DNA of 63,096 nt, counting the filler, from Octopus bimaculoides (lineage: Eukaryota), in assembly GCF_001194135.2 (NCBI RefSeq). It is 5 parts of 5 records of this genome, joined end to end, with 100 filler letters (N's around TTAATTAATTAA, not from the genome) between each part and the next. Parts side by side here need not be neighbours in the genome. Positions count along the whole stretch, not along the records: positions 1 to 13,963 come from NC_069001.1; 4 more parts are not named here. One strand, given 5' to 3'. The position numbers and the translations under genes are program-made. How positions within the stretch are numbered: the stretch's first letter is position 1; every line of letters starts with the position of its first letter. Below are positions 1 through 12,221 of the stretch, in pieces. The notes under the pieces were generated by a model that searched no databases, had not been told where the DNA came from, and saw only the letters and a program-made list of their open reading frames with translations.

Positions 1-234
1 AGGCGTTCGTACACCAACGTACGACTGTATTAAATATGAATGAGAAAGACAGGAAATTAATGTATGATTTATTTGTGATCAGAGTTGTTATATATATACA
101 TAGATAGATAGATAGATATATAAAGCACGATTTATTTGTGATCAGAGGCGTTCGTACACCAACGTACGACTGTATTAAATATGAATGAGAAAGACAGGAA
201 ATTAATGTATGATTTATTTGTGATCAGAGTTGTT
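1..234. repeat. Direct duplication, 89 bp visible per copy, period 145
   Basis: 1-89 is identical to 146-234. GATTTATTTGTGATCAGAG occurs three times (66, 129, 211). Confidence 0.9.
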
Positions 235-694
235 TGAAAATCGAGGAGAGAGAGGGATTGTCTTATATGTTTTACTTGTTTCTGTCATTAGACTGTAGCC
301 ATGCTGGAGCACTGCATTGAAGAGGTTTTAGTTGAACGAATTGACCCTCGTACTTTTTTTAAGCCTTGAACTTATTCTATCAGTCTCTTTTGGTGGACAG
401 CTAAGTTATGGAAATGCAAACAAACCATGGTTGTTGGATGGTAGTGGGGACCAACACACACACACACAAATGAATTATATGTGTATGTGTGTGTGTCTCT
501 ACCAACCTTTTGACAACCAGTGTTGGTTTGTTTATGTTCCCATAACCAGATGGTTTGGCTTAAGAGATCAACAAAACAAACTTAAATAAAAAAAATAGTA
601 TTGGGGGTCAATTTGTTTGACTCAATCTTTCAAGGCAGGGCTCCATATGGCTGCAGTCCTATCACTGAAACAACTGAAAGACAAAAGAGTAAAC

Positions 695-730
<36 letters not shown>

Positions 731-789
731 AATAATTAATGAGTGGTTTGTAATACTGTATATAAAAACTGCTAAGGACAGGCTTTTGG

Positions 790-2870
790 TGAGGTCAAAC
801 TCAATATGTATAATGAGGGGGGAAATTTTCTAATGGACATGAAGTAGTTTAAGAAGATTCCAACACTTTAAATGTTGGAGGGGTCCTTTAGAGAATCCAA
901 AACCTAATGAATCCTAAAATAAATGATCTTGACCCATCTTCTGTTAGAGTTATGTTGAGTGTCCTGGGAAGCATCTGGAAGCTGGGCCACTTACTGAATG
1001 ACCTCAGATCATTAAACTCAGAGGTAATAGAGCCATCTCTAGAATCGGAGTTTCTGAGCAGCATGCTACAGTTACAGGATTTATATCTCTTGCTATTAAA
1101 CCAGATTTAGTGGTGTGGCAATGTTGTTCCAGAAAGGTCTGGCTCTCCAGTAAAAACATTCTTTTATGGACTGATTGGTCAGTCAGTAATCTTAGTAATG
1201 TGTGGCAGTAAATGTGATGCCTTGTAGCTGGTCACTGCCTATCCGTTGAAAGAGGCTTGACGGCCAGACTTCAGGCACAAGGAAACTTTCCTGGAAACAT
1301 CTCATCTATATCAGTGGTAGTTGGAATGGAATCCTAAATACACATTGGGTTTCTATGGGAGTTTCTGATAGGTGAGGTACATGTAAAAGTTTTTGGCTTT
1401 GCTCAAATGTTTTCTGAAAGGTTTCAAATGGATCAAATGTGCAGATGTGAATTTAGTCTTTTGGATGTATTTCAGATTGAATTTTTATCTGGTTAGCACA
1501 TAGGGGACTGTGCAGGATGCCAACAACTGAAAGTGGTTAACCATACAGATTATAAGTTTGGTATCTGTACAGTAATCATTGACAGGTTGTCTAGAAAAGA
1601 ATCCAATAACTGGAAGATGAATAAACCAGTAAATGACTGGTGAGAGACAGCGTCAACAAGAGGCAATAAGTCACCGTAAGAGGAAAATTCTGATTGGATC
1701 CACTAGAACTGGCACTAAACAACAATAGATTGGAGAAGGGGTTTGTAAGTAGTCTTGAAGAGGCTGTTAGGGAAAGCATTTGTATATAATGTGCAAGCAG
1801 TGAAGTATGTCTCAAACTATTTCATTTTTTTTTTTCCTTTTCAAAACACAAATTCATGCATTGTCTATGCTATGTTGCATACATTTTGACATGGTGGAAC
1901 AAAGTCAAACCAGAACAATGGTAGGTCATTAATCCTAATGTTGTAAGGTAGTGAGAGTGACCAAACAGGCCCATGTAGCAGAGACACAGTGTGGCAACAT
2001 AGCCAAATTCTGATCTTTGTGCTAGCTCATTTCCAATATGCATATAGGGTTCTTCAATAGAGCTTCACTGAACAATTCTTGAGGGATGATGAACTGGAAA
2101 CAATGTAACTTGATGCCAACAATTCTGGTCTTCTGTGACTCTTGGCAGAAAATGCTAAATTTGGGCAAGTGTCTTCTGCTATAGCCCCGGGCCGACCGAA
2201 GCCTTGTGATTGAATTTGGTAGGTGGAAGTTACTGCTGTGTGTGTATATGTCTGTGTGTGCTTGTGCCTCTCCGAAAGAGAGAGAGGGATTATATGATTT
2301 TTTTTTAAACATTGAATGGTTGTGAGGGTTTACCCGAATAAAAGAGGAATCAAAGGAGTCCAAAGATAAAAGATGGTCGACAGCCCCTGTTCTAGATACG
2401 GTAGTGCCATTAATTGGGTTTGACCACGATGTGTGCAAAGCAATGAAACTATTCTGTTCAGAGTTGAAACATCTACTGTCTCATGATGGTGAGGGTTGAA
2501 GACTGGTTATATGTAGGACAGATCCAGCTATCAGCTGAGAGATCTTTCACGATCCCTCCCCAACCACCTGCCCTCCTTTCGTTGGGGAAAAGTGGGGCAG
2601 TTAGTGTGATGAAGGACTTTTGGGATAATTGAGGACAGACATTGTCATCTACTTCAAATTCCTCTTGAAAAGTAGGGCAATAGTGTGATGGGAAGTACTG
2701 CTTCCCAGTAAATTTGTTGAAAGATGTGTGGGAATGGCGAGTTTGGAGTGGTGAGTCTGGAGTGGCTGAATGGCTTCCGTCTACATCTTCACTCTTGATT
2801 TCTTAGTAATGAGAAGGTCTCTGATCTCAGTGTTGAAAAAAAAAATGTTTAAGGATTTGTAGGGTATCCT
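790..2870 (-). mobile_element. Highly degraded Penelope-like retroelement (RT region), interrupted by a SINE fragment
   Basis: Minus-strand degenerate motifs appear in PLE order and roughly PLE spacing: P-TKGGQVV (~2580, cf. PADKGGAVV), LYTNAFP (~1790, cf. SLYTNIP), RLNSH (~1450), and TYQK...YLGFHSNYH (~1350, cf. VYRK...YLxFxSxH). Many stops and frameshifts. Confidence 0.5.
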
Positions 2871-3016
2871 AGTTTCCACTATATATTCATATTGTATACT
2901 TCTTTCTTTTCACTTGATGTAAAATTCCCCATTTTTTCTGTAACCAATTTTTGTAATATACCCACTTTGCTCCCCTTGTACCAGATAAATCTATTATTAT
3001 TATTATTATTATTATT

Positions 3017-3231
3017 AAGGTGGTAAGCTGGTAGAATCGTTGGCATGCTGGGTGAAATGCTTAGTAATATTTTGTCTGTCTTCACGTTCTGAGTTCAAAT
3101 TCCATTGAAGTTGACTTTACGTTTCATCCTTTCGGAGCTGATAAATTAAGTACCAGTTGCGTACTGAGGTTGATCTAATTGACTGGCCCCCTCCCCCCAA
3201 AATTTCAGGCCTTGTGCCTAGAGTAGAAAAG
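3017..3231 (+). mobile_element. tRNA-derived SINE family A (type-1 tail)
   Basis: A-box-like TAAGCTGGTAGAA, B box GAGTTCAAATTCC and core TTTCATCCTTTCGG..GATAAA..AAGTACCAG (resembles the Deu/Nin-type SINE core, recalled). Preceded by (TAT)n. Confidence 0.85.
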
Positions 3232-3434
3232 TATATGTGTATATTTATTTATGAGAAATATGTATATATTTCAGAACACACACACACACATATTTAAATA
3301 TACATGTGTATTTGTTTAGTTTGTAAGTATGTGTGTGTGTTTTGAAAGCATGTTTGACAATATTAATGTATTTGTGAAATAGATATGTGTGTCTGTGTGT
3401 GTGTGTATATATGCATATGTGTGTGCATGCATCA

Positions 3435-3472
<38 letters not shown>

Positions 3473-3837
3473 NNNNNNNNNNNNNNNNNNNNNNNNNNNN
3501 NNNNNNNNNNNNNNNNNNNNNNNNNNNNNNNNNNNNNNNNNNNNNNNNNNNNNNNNNNNNNNNNNNNNNNNNNNNNNNNNNNNNNNNNNNNNNNNNNNNN
3601 NNNNNNNNNNNNNNNNNNNNNNNNNNNNNNNNNNNNNNNNNNNNNNNNNNNNNNNNNNNNNNNNNNNNNNNNNNNNNNNNNNNNNNNNNNNNNNNNNNNN
3701 GTGGTGGTGGTGGTGGTGGTGGTGGTGGTGGTGGTGGTGGTAGAGGGTTTGTCAGAATTTAATGTCAAATTATTTAATGTTTGCAAGTTGGAGACCTAAC
3801 ATGTCTTGGTCTTGATTGGACCAGTCAATCATCTTTA

Positions 3838-4050
3838 TTAGGGGTAGCAGGGTGTTAGGCCTACCTCAATTTTGGTTATAAGTCGTTGGGTGGAATCAGT
3901 TTCTGGACCATACTTAACACTTTGTTCATAGGGGGTTTAGAGGTTGGGCCTCTCTAATTTTGGATTTAGGGTGGATGGAACCAATTGCTGGATCATACAC
4001 AATCCTTGCTATTAGGGGTTTCAGGGTGTTAGTTGTGACTCATTTTGATT
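3838..4050. repeat. Degenerate ~87-bp minisatellite (about 2.5 copies)
   Basis: TTAGGGGT..AGGGTGTTAG..CT..TCAATTTTGG unit at 3838, 3928 and 4012. Confidence 0.55.
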
Positions 4051-4051
4051 T

Positions 4052-4210
4052 TTAACCCTTTAGTTTTTAAATTGGCAATATCCAGCTTAAACATTCTACA
4101 AGTTTTATGTTCAAACTGGCCAGATTCAGCCTCTCACACCTATCCTACAATGTTATTCTAAATGTAAACAATCACATAATATTTCTACCTTAGAAAACTA
4201 ATGAATTAGC
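4052..4210. mobile_element. Partial copy of the same TTAA-CCCTTTAG MITE family, in the opposite orientation
   Basis: TTAACCCTTTAG at 4052. The body CTGGCCAGATTCAGCCTCTCACACCTATCCTACAAT is the reverse complement of 12120-12160. Confidence 0.6.
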
Positions 4211-4334
4211 TGTAATCGGCTAATTTATAACTGGCGTTTCATTTTGTTATTCAACTGCTGTCGTTGTGTGTGTGTGTGTGTGTGTAGATCCCAAATTGTT
4301 TGTGTGTATCACTGTGAGTAAGTTGGTTGCCCAT

Positions 4335-4494
<160 letters not shown>

Positions 4495-4629
4495 CCATTT
4501 CTCAAATACAATCATGCTGTATTTTACTACAATGTGTTTATATAAGTATCCTCTCTGGCTTGAACTCTGGAGTCATCAACAATAGTCGTCTTGCTGTTTT
4601 ATGAATATATGTTTGTGTGTGTGTGTGTG

Positions 4630-4725
<96 letters not shown>

Positions 4726-5129
4726 TATATATATATATACAATCATTGTTTTGATGTCCACTTTTCTGTCCTTGTCTGGGTTGGACAGAGTTTATCTAAA
4801 GCAGATTTTCTATGACTAGATGTCCTTTCTGTCACTCACGCCCACTCGTTTCCAAGCTAGATAATAGATCCCTATCACACCAGATATGCTCTTTCGCAGA
4901 ATATTGGAAATGAAGGACACTTACTTGTTTGACAATGACACTCATTCACAACCACCATGCCAAGATGACACACACACACAATAGGCTTCTTTCAGTTTCC
5001 ATCTACTAAATCCATTCACAAGGCTTTTGTTGGCACGAGACTATAGGAGAGGACACTTGGCCAGGGTGTAAACCATGTGTTTGGGAAGCAAACTTCTTCA
5101 CCACACACTCATGCTTGTGGCTACCAGGC

Positions 5130-5385
5130 ATACACACACACATCACATCATACATACATCACATCACCACATCACATCACACACATCACATTGCATCACA
5201 CACATCATATTGCATCACACGCATCACATTGCATCACATCATATCACACCACTCACACCACATTGCATGACTCACACCACACACACCACATCGCACCACA
5301 CACACCACATCGCACCACACACTCCACATCGCACCACACACACCACATACACATCACACACACACACACACACATACACACATAT
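5130..5385. repeat. Compound CA-rich minisatellite (CATCACA and CACACCACATCGCA units)
   Basis: Direct reading of the repeated units. Confidence 0.85.
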
Positions 5386-5661
5386 AAATATATAAAACAG
5401 GGGCCTACCGGCTGCTATTTCTAGCAATGATCATACTTCGTGTATCCCTGCTTTATATGTTTATAATTCTACCTATATGGTGCTCTAGTTTTGCTGGATA
5501 ATATCATTTTAATTACATTTCAGTTGATAACTGAAGAACAATTAGGGTCCTTCTGTGTCTGTCCTACTTTTACTTTTATTGGTATTTAATGCATTTTTCA
5601 TTTATTGAATAACTGAACCGCATGCATCTTGACTTTTGTTAACAGGAAGGTTTTATATATA

Positions 5662-5815
5662 TACAGGGTTGGCCAAAAGTCACATGACAGTAAACCCAAA
5701 CCATTTAATTCCGAAATTAAAACAAAAAAAAAATCATTTTATATGAGACTTCGCTATGTGGCATGTACTGCAACAGCATATCACTACATCTACCATTAGT
5801 TGGTACTTCTTTACT
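5662..5815 (+). mobile_element. Possible Tc1/mariner-type element left end
   Basis: TA-CAGGGTTGGCCAAAAGTCAC terminus inside (TA)n. No matching right TIR found. Confidence 0.35.
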
Positions 5816-6002
5816 AGACTTGGCAGATGACACATTTGCATCACACAGCCGACAAACCCTCTTCCACGTGGCTTAGTGGTTAGGATGTTGGATTCGTAGT
5901 TGTAAGGTTGTTGTTTTGATTCCTGGACTGGGCAATGTGTTGTGTTCTTGAGCAAAACACTTCAGTCAGTCTTACTCAGCTAGCAAAAGTGAGTAATCCT
6001 AC

Positions 6003-6341
6003 AATTTGGAATTTGAACTCAGAAAGTAAAAGCAGCCGAAATGCTGCCAAACATTTTGATCAGCCTGCTAACAATTCCATCTGCGTGTTGCTATAATAAT
6101 AATAATAATAATCCTTTCTACTAAAGGCACAAGACCGGAAACTTGGGTGTGGGGAGGGACTAGCTAATTACAATCAACTGCAGTGTTTCACTGGTACTTA
6201 ATCTATTGATGTCGAAAGGATGAAAGGCAAAGTTGACCTCAGTGAAATTTGAACTCAAAACATAGTGACAGGTGAAATACCACCAAGCATTCCTGTCCAG
6301 TGCTCTAACAATTCTACCAGTTCCTCATCTTAATGATAATG

Positions 6342-6382
<41 letters not shown>

Positions 6383-6383
6383 T

Positions 6384-6429
<46 letters not shown>

Positions 6430-6669
6430 TAATGATAATAATAATAATAATCATCATCCTTTCTACTAAAGGCACAAAGCCTGAAATTTTGGGCAAGGGG
6501 ATTAATTGATTAGATTGACCCCAGTGTTTCACTGGTACTTAATTTATTGACCTCAAGAAGATGAAAGGCAAAGTTCGCCTCGGCAGAATTTGAACTTGGA
6601 ACGTAAGGACAGATGAAATGCCGCTAAGCATTTCACTCGGCATGCTAACGATTTTGCCTGTTCACCACC

Positions 6670-6702
<33 letters not shown>

Positions 6703-7830
6703 GGGAATCAATACTAATTAATAATTTCTAACATATACAAAGCCTGCAATTTAGTGTAGGATTAGTTGACACCATTGACTGAACCCAAAATCATATGGTT
6801 GTAAAATGAGTTTGTTAACCACACAGCCATACCTGTACACACACACACACACACACACACATGCACTCACACATGCACACACATAATGTCATTAAGTGTA
6901 TTTATACATAAATGCAATAAATGTCAATTGGGCAGTTTATTTACTATAAATAATGTAAAAAAATGATTGGTCGAGACAGTTGACACCTCTCACTTGCAAT
7001 GTCTTGTGTCACATTTTAGCAAAACTGTTTTTTGTCTTTTTCTTTTCACTCTGTGAACTTTACATGTAATCGGGGAAGGAGTGCAGGGGGTGGGGGTGAA
7101 ATACTGATTTAATAATCAAGAATGTAATGTTGTGGGATGCAATAATAATAATAATAATAATCCTTTCTACTATAGGACAAGGTCTGAAATGTTGGGGGAG
7201 AGGGGTTAGCCAATTTCATTGACCCAGTGGATAACTGGTACTTATTTCATCAACCCCAAAAGGATGAAAGGTAAAGTCAACCTTGGCAGCATTTGAATTC
7301 ATTCTAATGATTCTGCCAGCTCACTGCCTTAATCATCATCATTGTTTAACGTCCACTTTCCATGCTGGCATGGGTTGGACGATTTGACTGAGGACTGGCG
7401 AGTCAGATGGCTGCACCAGGCTCCAATCTGATCTGGCAGAGTTTCTACAGCTGGATGCCCTTCCTAATGCCAACCACTCCGAGAGTGTAGTGGGTGCTTT
7501 TACGTGCCACCGGCATGATGGCCAGTCAGGCGGTACTGGCAATAGCCACGCTCAAATGGTGTCTTTTACTTGCCACTGGCACAGGAGCCAGTCAGCGGCC
7601 CTGGCAATAATCACGCTTAGATGGTGCTCTTAGTGCTCCACTAGTATGGACGCCAGTCATGCGGTGCTGTCATCGAGTTTGATTTTGATTTCACTTCCCT
7701 CAACAGGTCTTCGCAAGCAGAGAATCAGTTAATAATAATAATAATAATAATCATTTCTACTAAAGGCACAAGGTCTGAAATTTTGTGGGTGGGGGTCTAG
7801 TTGAATGCATTGTCCCCAGTATTCCACTGA
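6003..7830 (-). mobile_element. Chain of family-A SINE copies/fragments (6003-6089, 6112-6331, 6457-6671, 7161-7330, 7753-7830) separated by (AAT)n
   Basis: Repeated reverse-complement core GAAAGGATGAAAGGCAAAGT..GAATTTGAACTCAG, with the copies bordered by AAT/GAT repeats. Confidence 0.85.
7340..7717 (-). mobile_element. Family-C short retroposon (RTE-like 3' end, (GAT)n tail)
   Basis: GTTTAACGTCCACTTTCCATGCTGGCATGGGTTGG..GGATGCCCTTCCTAA. Shares ~93% identity over 176 nt with the reverse complement of 11828-12003. Confidence 0.85.
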
Positions 7831-8515
7831 ACCATTAAGTTACGGGAATGTAAACACACCAACACTTGTCAAGTGGTGGTGGACAAACAGATACAAAGAC
7901 ACACACATACACACACAGGCTTCTTTCAGTCTGAGACTATAGTAGAAGACACTTGCCCAAGGTACCATGCAATGGGATTGAACCCAGAACCATGTGGCTG
8001 GGAAGCAAAATGATGACATACATATTTATTCTTGATATGTTCTGGCAGATGTGAATGCTAAAATGCTAGTTACTATTCATTACTGGGGAACAACCTTTCA
8101 GCTGAATGTGATTTATTAGAGTATGGATATTTTGAGGACACCTGCTGTTTTGACATTGTACTGCCTCCTCAGTCAAAACTACACCAGCCTAATGAATTTT
8201 AACAAGAGTTTTTGGCTGCTATTTATACATTCAGCAAACAAATTTACCATAGATACTCCACCTCTTAGGAAAAAATAAATAGATGAGTGTAGCTTGAATA
8301 CCTCTAATCATGGGCCAGTTCAGAGTTGAATCAAGGCTAAAAAATAATGCCAACAATTTTTTTGTTGGGCAGGATGGAGTGGGGTTGGCATGCATAAATA
8401 TTTATATCCACATAAATCGACACACATTTGGGCACATACACACAGACACACACACACACATGCATACATACATTTGGTGGTGGTAGAGCACACAAGCATA
8501 TTTGTGCAAAAACAT

Positions 8516-8554
<39 letters not shown>

Positions 8555-8749
8555 TCTTCCTTATTTGATTCCTTTCATTTTGTAGCAAATTTGCATCATC
8601 ACAACCAATTAACAACCATCATCATCGTCATCATCATCATCATCATCACTACTACTATTTAACAAAATGTATTTAAATAAACTGAGTTTTTTTTTTTTCA
8701 TTATTTTATTAATTTTATTAATTTTTTTCATCCTCTTTCATTTTTGTAG

Positions 8750-8834
8750 CATTTCCGTCATGTGACCCAAACCCTTGCCAGAATGGTGCGAAATGTCACT
8801 CTCCGCACAACCATAATGGAGAGAGTTATTGCCA
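8750..8834 (+). CDS. Notch: Internal coding exon encoding the first four cysteines of an EGF-like repeat; most likely Notch exon 2 (EGF1)
   Basis: Strong acceptor (TTTTTTTCATCCTCTTTCATTTTTGTAG, AG 8748-8749) and donor (GTAAGT 8835-8840). The exon reads CA|FPSCDPNPCQNGAKCHSPHNHNGESYC|CA, with phase 1 start and phase 2 end splitting the EGF between Cys4 and Cys5. From recall, vertebrate NOTCH1/2 exon 2 has the same size class and phases (NOTCH2 ...HNGTGYCK) and Drosophila Notch EGF1 reads ...NGKTYCAC. Three CpGs are retained in the exon against CpG-poor flanks. The EGF exon call is secure; the Notch identity rests on recalled homology. Confidence 0.75.
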
Positions 8835-9258
8835 GTAAGTACACTATTTCCTTTCCTCCTCCTCACCCCCCTGTTTTCTTTTGTTGTTGTTGTTGTTAAT
8901 TCTATTGTTTGACACTATTAGGAAATTGGAGGGCAGGATGGTGGCGGCGGCAGTGGTGGTGGTTCCGGAGTTGAACTGAGCTGAGCCTTTCTGGATAAGC
9001 ATTGTCACTGTAGTAGTAGTAGTAGTAGTCGTCGTAGTCGTAGTAGTAGTAGTCGTAGTAGTAGTAGTCGTAGTAGTAGTAGTCGTAGTAGTAGTTGGTC
9101 CGTTGATGTTGTCATCACCCCTATCATCATTACTGACATCATCTGCTATTATCATCATCGTCATCACCATTAGTGCCATCATCAATATCACTACCACCAT
9201 TATTATTGTCATCACCACTGTTATTATCATCATGGTGTTGTAGTAGTAGTAGTAGTAG

Positions 9259-9293
<35 letters not shown>

Positions 9294-9614
9294 GCAGTTG
9301 TGGTAGTTTTAACATACTTTTTTCTCATGCTTGTGAGAGTTTTTATTTCACATTTTCTCCCTCCAGTCTCTTGTAGAAGTGGAAGAGAAAGTGTGATGGT
9401 TGATTGGATAATTTGTCAGTTTGGACCACCACCAGTTGACAGGAGGATATGAGTTCAAAATTTGTTGCAGAACAGACATAATGGCATTTTTTTGTTGTTT
9501 TGCTTTCATTTTTTTTTTCTCTAGATTTCTGGGAACTGGCATATATTTACCATTTCCATAATCAGTAAAAAACAAAAAACGAAACAAAAAAAAGTTACTA
9601 CGAAATTATCTGGG

Positions 9615-9970
9615 AATGTTATTTGTGATAGACTGGTGTCATATCCAGGGGAATAATGATCTCTCATCACAATGTTTCTATGATGGTACTCTATATTCTA
9701 GATTCCACTGGCTGTTATTAAGTCCTACTGAATCACCAGGAAATGTTATTGTTATGGTGGACTGTGGTCGTATCCAGGGAGAGAATGATCTCTCATCATA
9801 GCATCTCTCTGCTGCTATACACTATATTCTATATTATCTCTGTTCAACCTGGCTGTCAGTGGTTACCACCAGATCATCTGGGGAAATGTTGCCTGTGATA
9901 GACTGGTGTTTATCCCGGAGAGATGGTTTACCTCACATCACAATGTCTCTGCAATGGTATACTATTTGCT
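9615..9970. repeat. Degenerate triplication of a ~125-140 bp unit
   Basis: AATGTT..TGTGATAGACTGGTGT..TATCC.GG.GA.AATGATCTCTCATCA unit at ~9615, ~9741 and ~9883. Confidence 0.65.
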
Positions 9971-11098
9971 ACACCATCTCAGTGGTGGTGGTGGTGGTAG
10001 CACAAATATAAGGGTAGTGGGAGTGGAGGTGGTTGCTGGAAAGGAAATGGTCACCCGAAATAAGAATTTGAAGGAATTGGTTGGCAAGAAAACTTCTCAA
10101 TTGCCTGATAGTTATGTTTCATGGCTCTGCCCATTAGTGTAGCTAGGAAAGGGGTGGTAGGGACGGTTCTGTCCCAGGAGGCACTTTTGGGTCTGCTGTT
10201 GGCAATATGTGTTTTCTGCAGGGTCCAAATGGAAGGGCCACTCCAGGTGGCACACACTCTAGCTACGCTGGTGGCCCTGTCCCACATTGGGGGAATATAA
10301 GCACACACGCACACACACACACACACACACATGTATTCTCCTCATATGCAGCATTTCATACTCTTTCCCCTCTTTTTCTACGCACTGACTCAGACTGTGA
10401 CAACCCATTCAGGCCATACCAGTATGAGGAAACAAGACACTATATAATGATGATGATTAGCAGAAATATATACATGCTTGTGTACACAAATGTGCATTCT
10501 CTTAAATACTTCTAAAGAGTGTATATTATGTGTTCTCTCTCACATACACACTTACCTGTGCACCCTCACACATATACACTGGCATCCAGACAATTTCTCC
10601 TCACACACGCACGCACATTCTACCTGTGTTTCCTCAAGAATATACACTTACATACAGCCAATCTCTCTCTCTCTCTCTTTCCCTCTCTCCCTCACACATA
10701 CCCTCACCTGGACACCCTCTCACATGCAGGTAATCTCCTTCACACACACACACACACACACAGACATTCCCTTACCTGTACAACCTCCCCACATACAGTC
10801 ACACCCACGTATGCACTCACTAACCACCACCACCCCTCTCCCCCTCCACACTACAAGGCTCTGAATACAATCAATACTCAGGGTGGGGTAGGGGGTGAGT
10901 TGAGGGCAGCAGGGAGAACAGTTATTATATTATTAAATGTTTGTTTCCTCCCCTCTCCGCTGCCATACTCCTGGCCCTGGGTGCCACTAATTGTTTGCTC
11001 TGTACGGTGGTAGTGGTGGTCATGGTGGGGCGGGAGGACCTTAATGTAAATTTGAACTATTGATTAGATTGAGGTCCCTAAATACATAACTATTGATG

Positions 11099-11164
<66 letters not shown>

Positions 11165-11787
11165 CTTGTGTGTACAGCAAGAAGTTTATCTTTCCCATCA
11201 CTTACTGCTATAATCATGAACACTATCCACATGACCACCACCACTCACCACCACCACCACCACCATCACAAGTTATTTCAAAAGAAAGGGTTCTTTCCTA
11301 AACCTTAAACTTTCTGTCTCCCTTGCAGCAAACCAAACATTTGAAATGTCTTTGTCCTCCTCCTCCTCTTAACTCTTATTGCTTCTCATAGAGTAAGCTA
11401 AGAAACAGACATTCCAGCCTTGACCATCCCGACTTTTTGTACCCTCCCCTATTCTAAAGAGAGAAAAAACATCATCACCATCATCATCATTGTTTTAGCA
11501 TCCACTTTTCAATGCCTGCATGAGTTGGATGGATTTATTAAGGAAGACTTCCTATATCTGTGGCCAGAGAACTCTCACCTGTCGCCAACCCTCACCTGTT
11601 TCCAAGCAAGATAATATTTCCTTCCCTGTGGCTGGAATATATTTTCACAAATGTCATAAAGAAAATAACACCGCTAATATAATGGTGACCCTTGTTTACA
11701 ACTATCACTTGATGTACACACACAGATACACATATATGATGGGCTTCTTTCAGTTTCCATCAACCAAATCCACTCGCAAGACTTTCA

Positions 11788-12221
11788 TTAACCCTTTAGC
11801 ATTCAGATTAATTTATCAAATGTATTGTGCCGGTGGCACGTAAAAGCACCCACTACGCTCTTGGAGTGGTTGGCGTTAGGAAGGGCATCCAACTGTAGAA
11901 ACTCTGCCAAATCAGATTGGAGCCTGGTGTAGCCATCTGGTTCACCAGTCCTCAGTGAAATCGTCCAACCCATGCCAGCATGGAAAGCGGACGTTAAACG
12001 ATGATGATGATGATGATGATGATGATGTAATGTTTGTTTATCAATATTTTAAAAGAATTAATCATGAAGTATCTTGTAGCTTCAACATTTTGAAGATGTG
12101 ATTGTTTATTTTTAGAAAGAGATTGTAGGGTAGGTGTGAGAGGCTGGATCTGGCCAGTTTCAACATAGACCAGGTAGAACATTTGGGCCAGATATGGTTG
12201 GTTTAAATGTTAAAGGATTAA
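11788..12221. mobile_element. piggyBac-like MITE (TTAA-flanked) carrying an inserted family-C element
   Basis: TTAA CCCTTTAGCATT ... AATGTTAAAGGA TTAA (2 mismatches in 16 nt). Splits a family-B SINE. Confidence 0.65.
11828..12028 (+). mobile_element. Family-C short retroposon, 5'-truncated, (GAT)n tail
   Basis: AGGAAGGGCATCC..GCATGGAAAGCGGACGTTAAAC(GAT)n. Confidence 0.85.

Noticed and set aside
3838-4020. TTAGGG hexamers as an interstitial telomere
   Set aside because: Only isolated hexamers within a degenerate ~87-bp minisatellite, with no tandem telomeric array.
10207-10515. ORF MCFLQGPNGRATPGG... with an acceptor-like TTTTCTGCAG
   Set aside because: No recognisable domain, runs into (CA)n and has no clear donor. 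It does not start with the N-TGY required for the next EGF exon.
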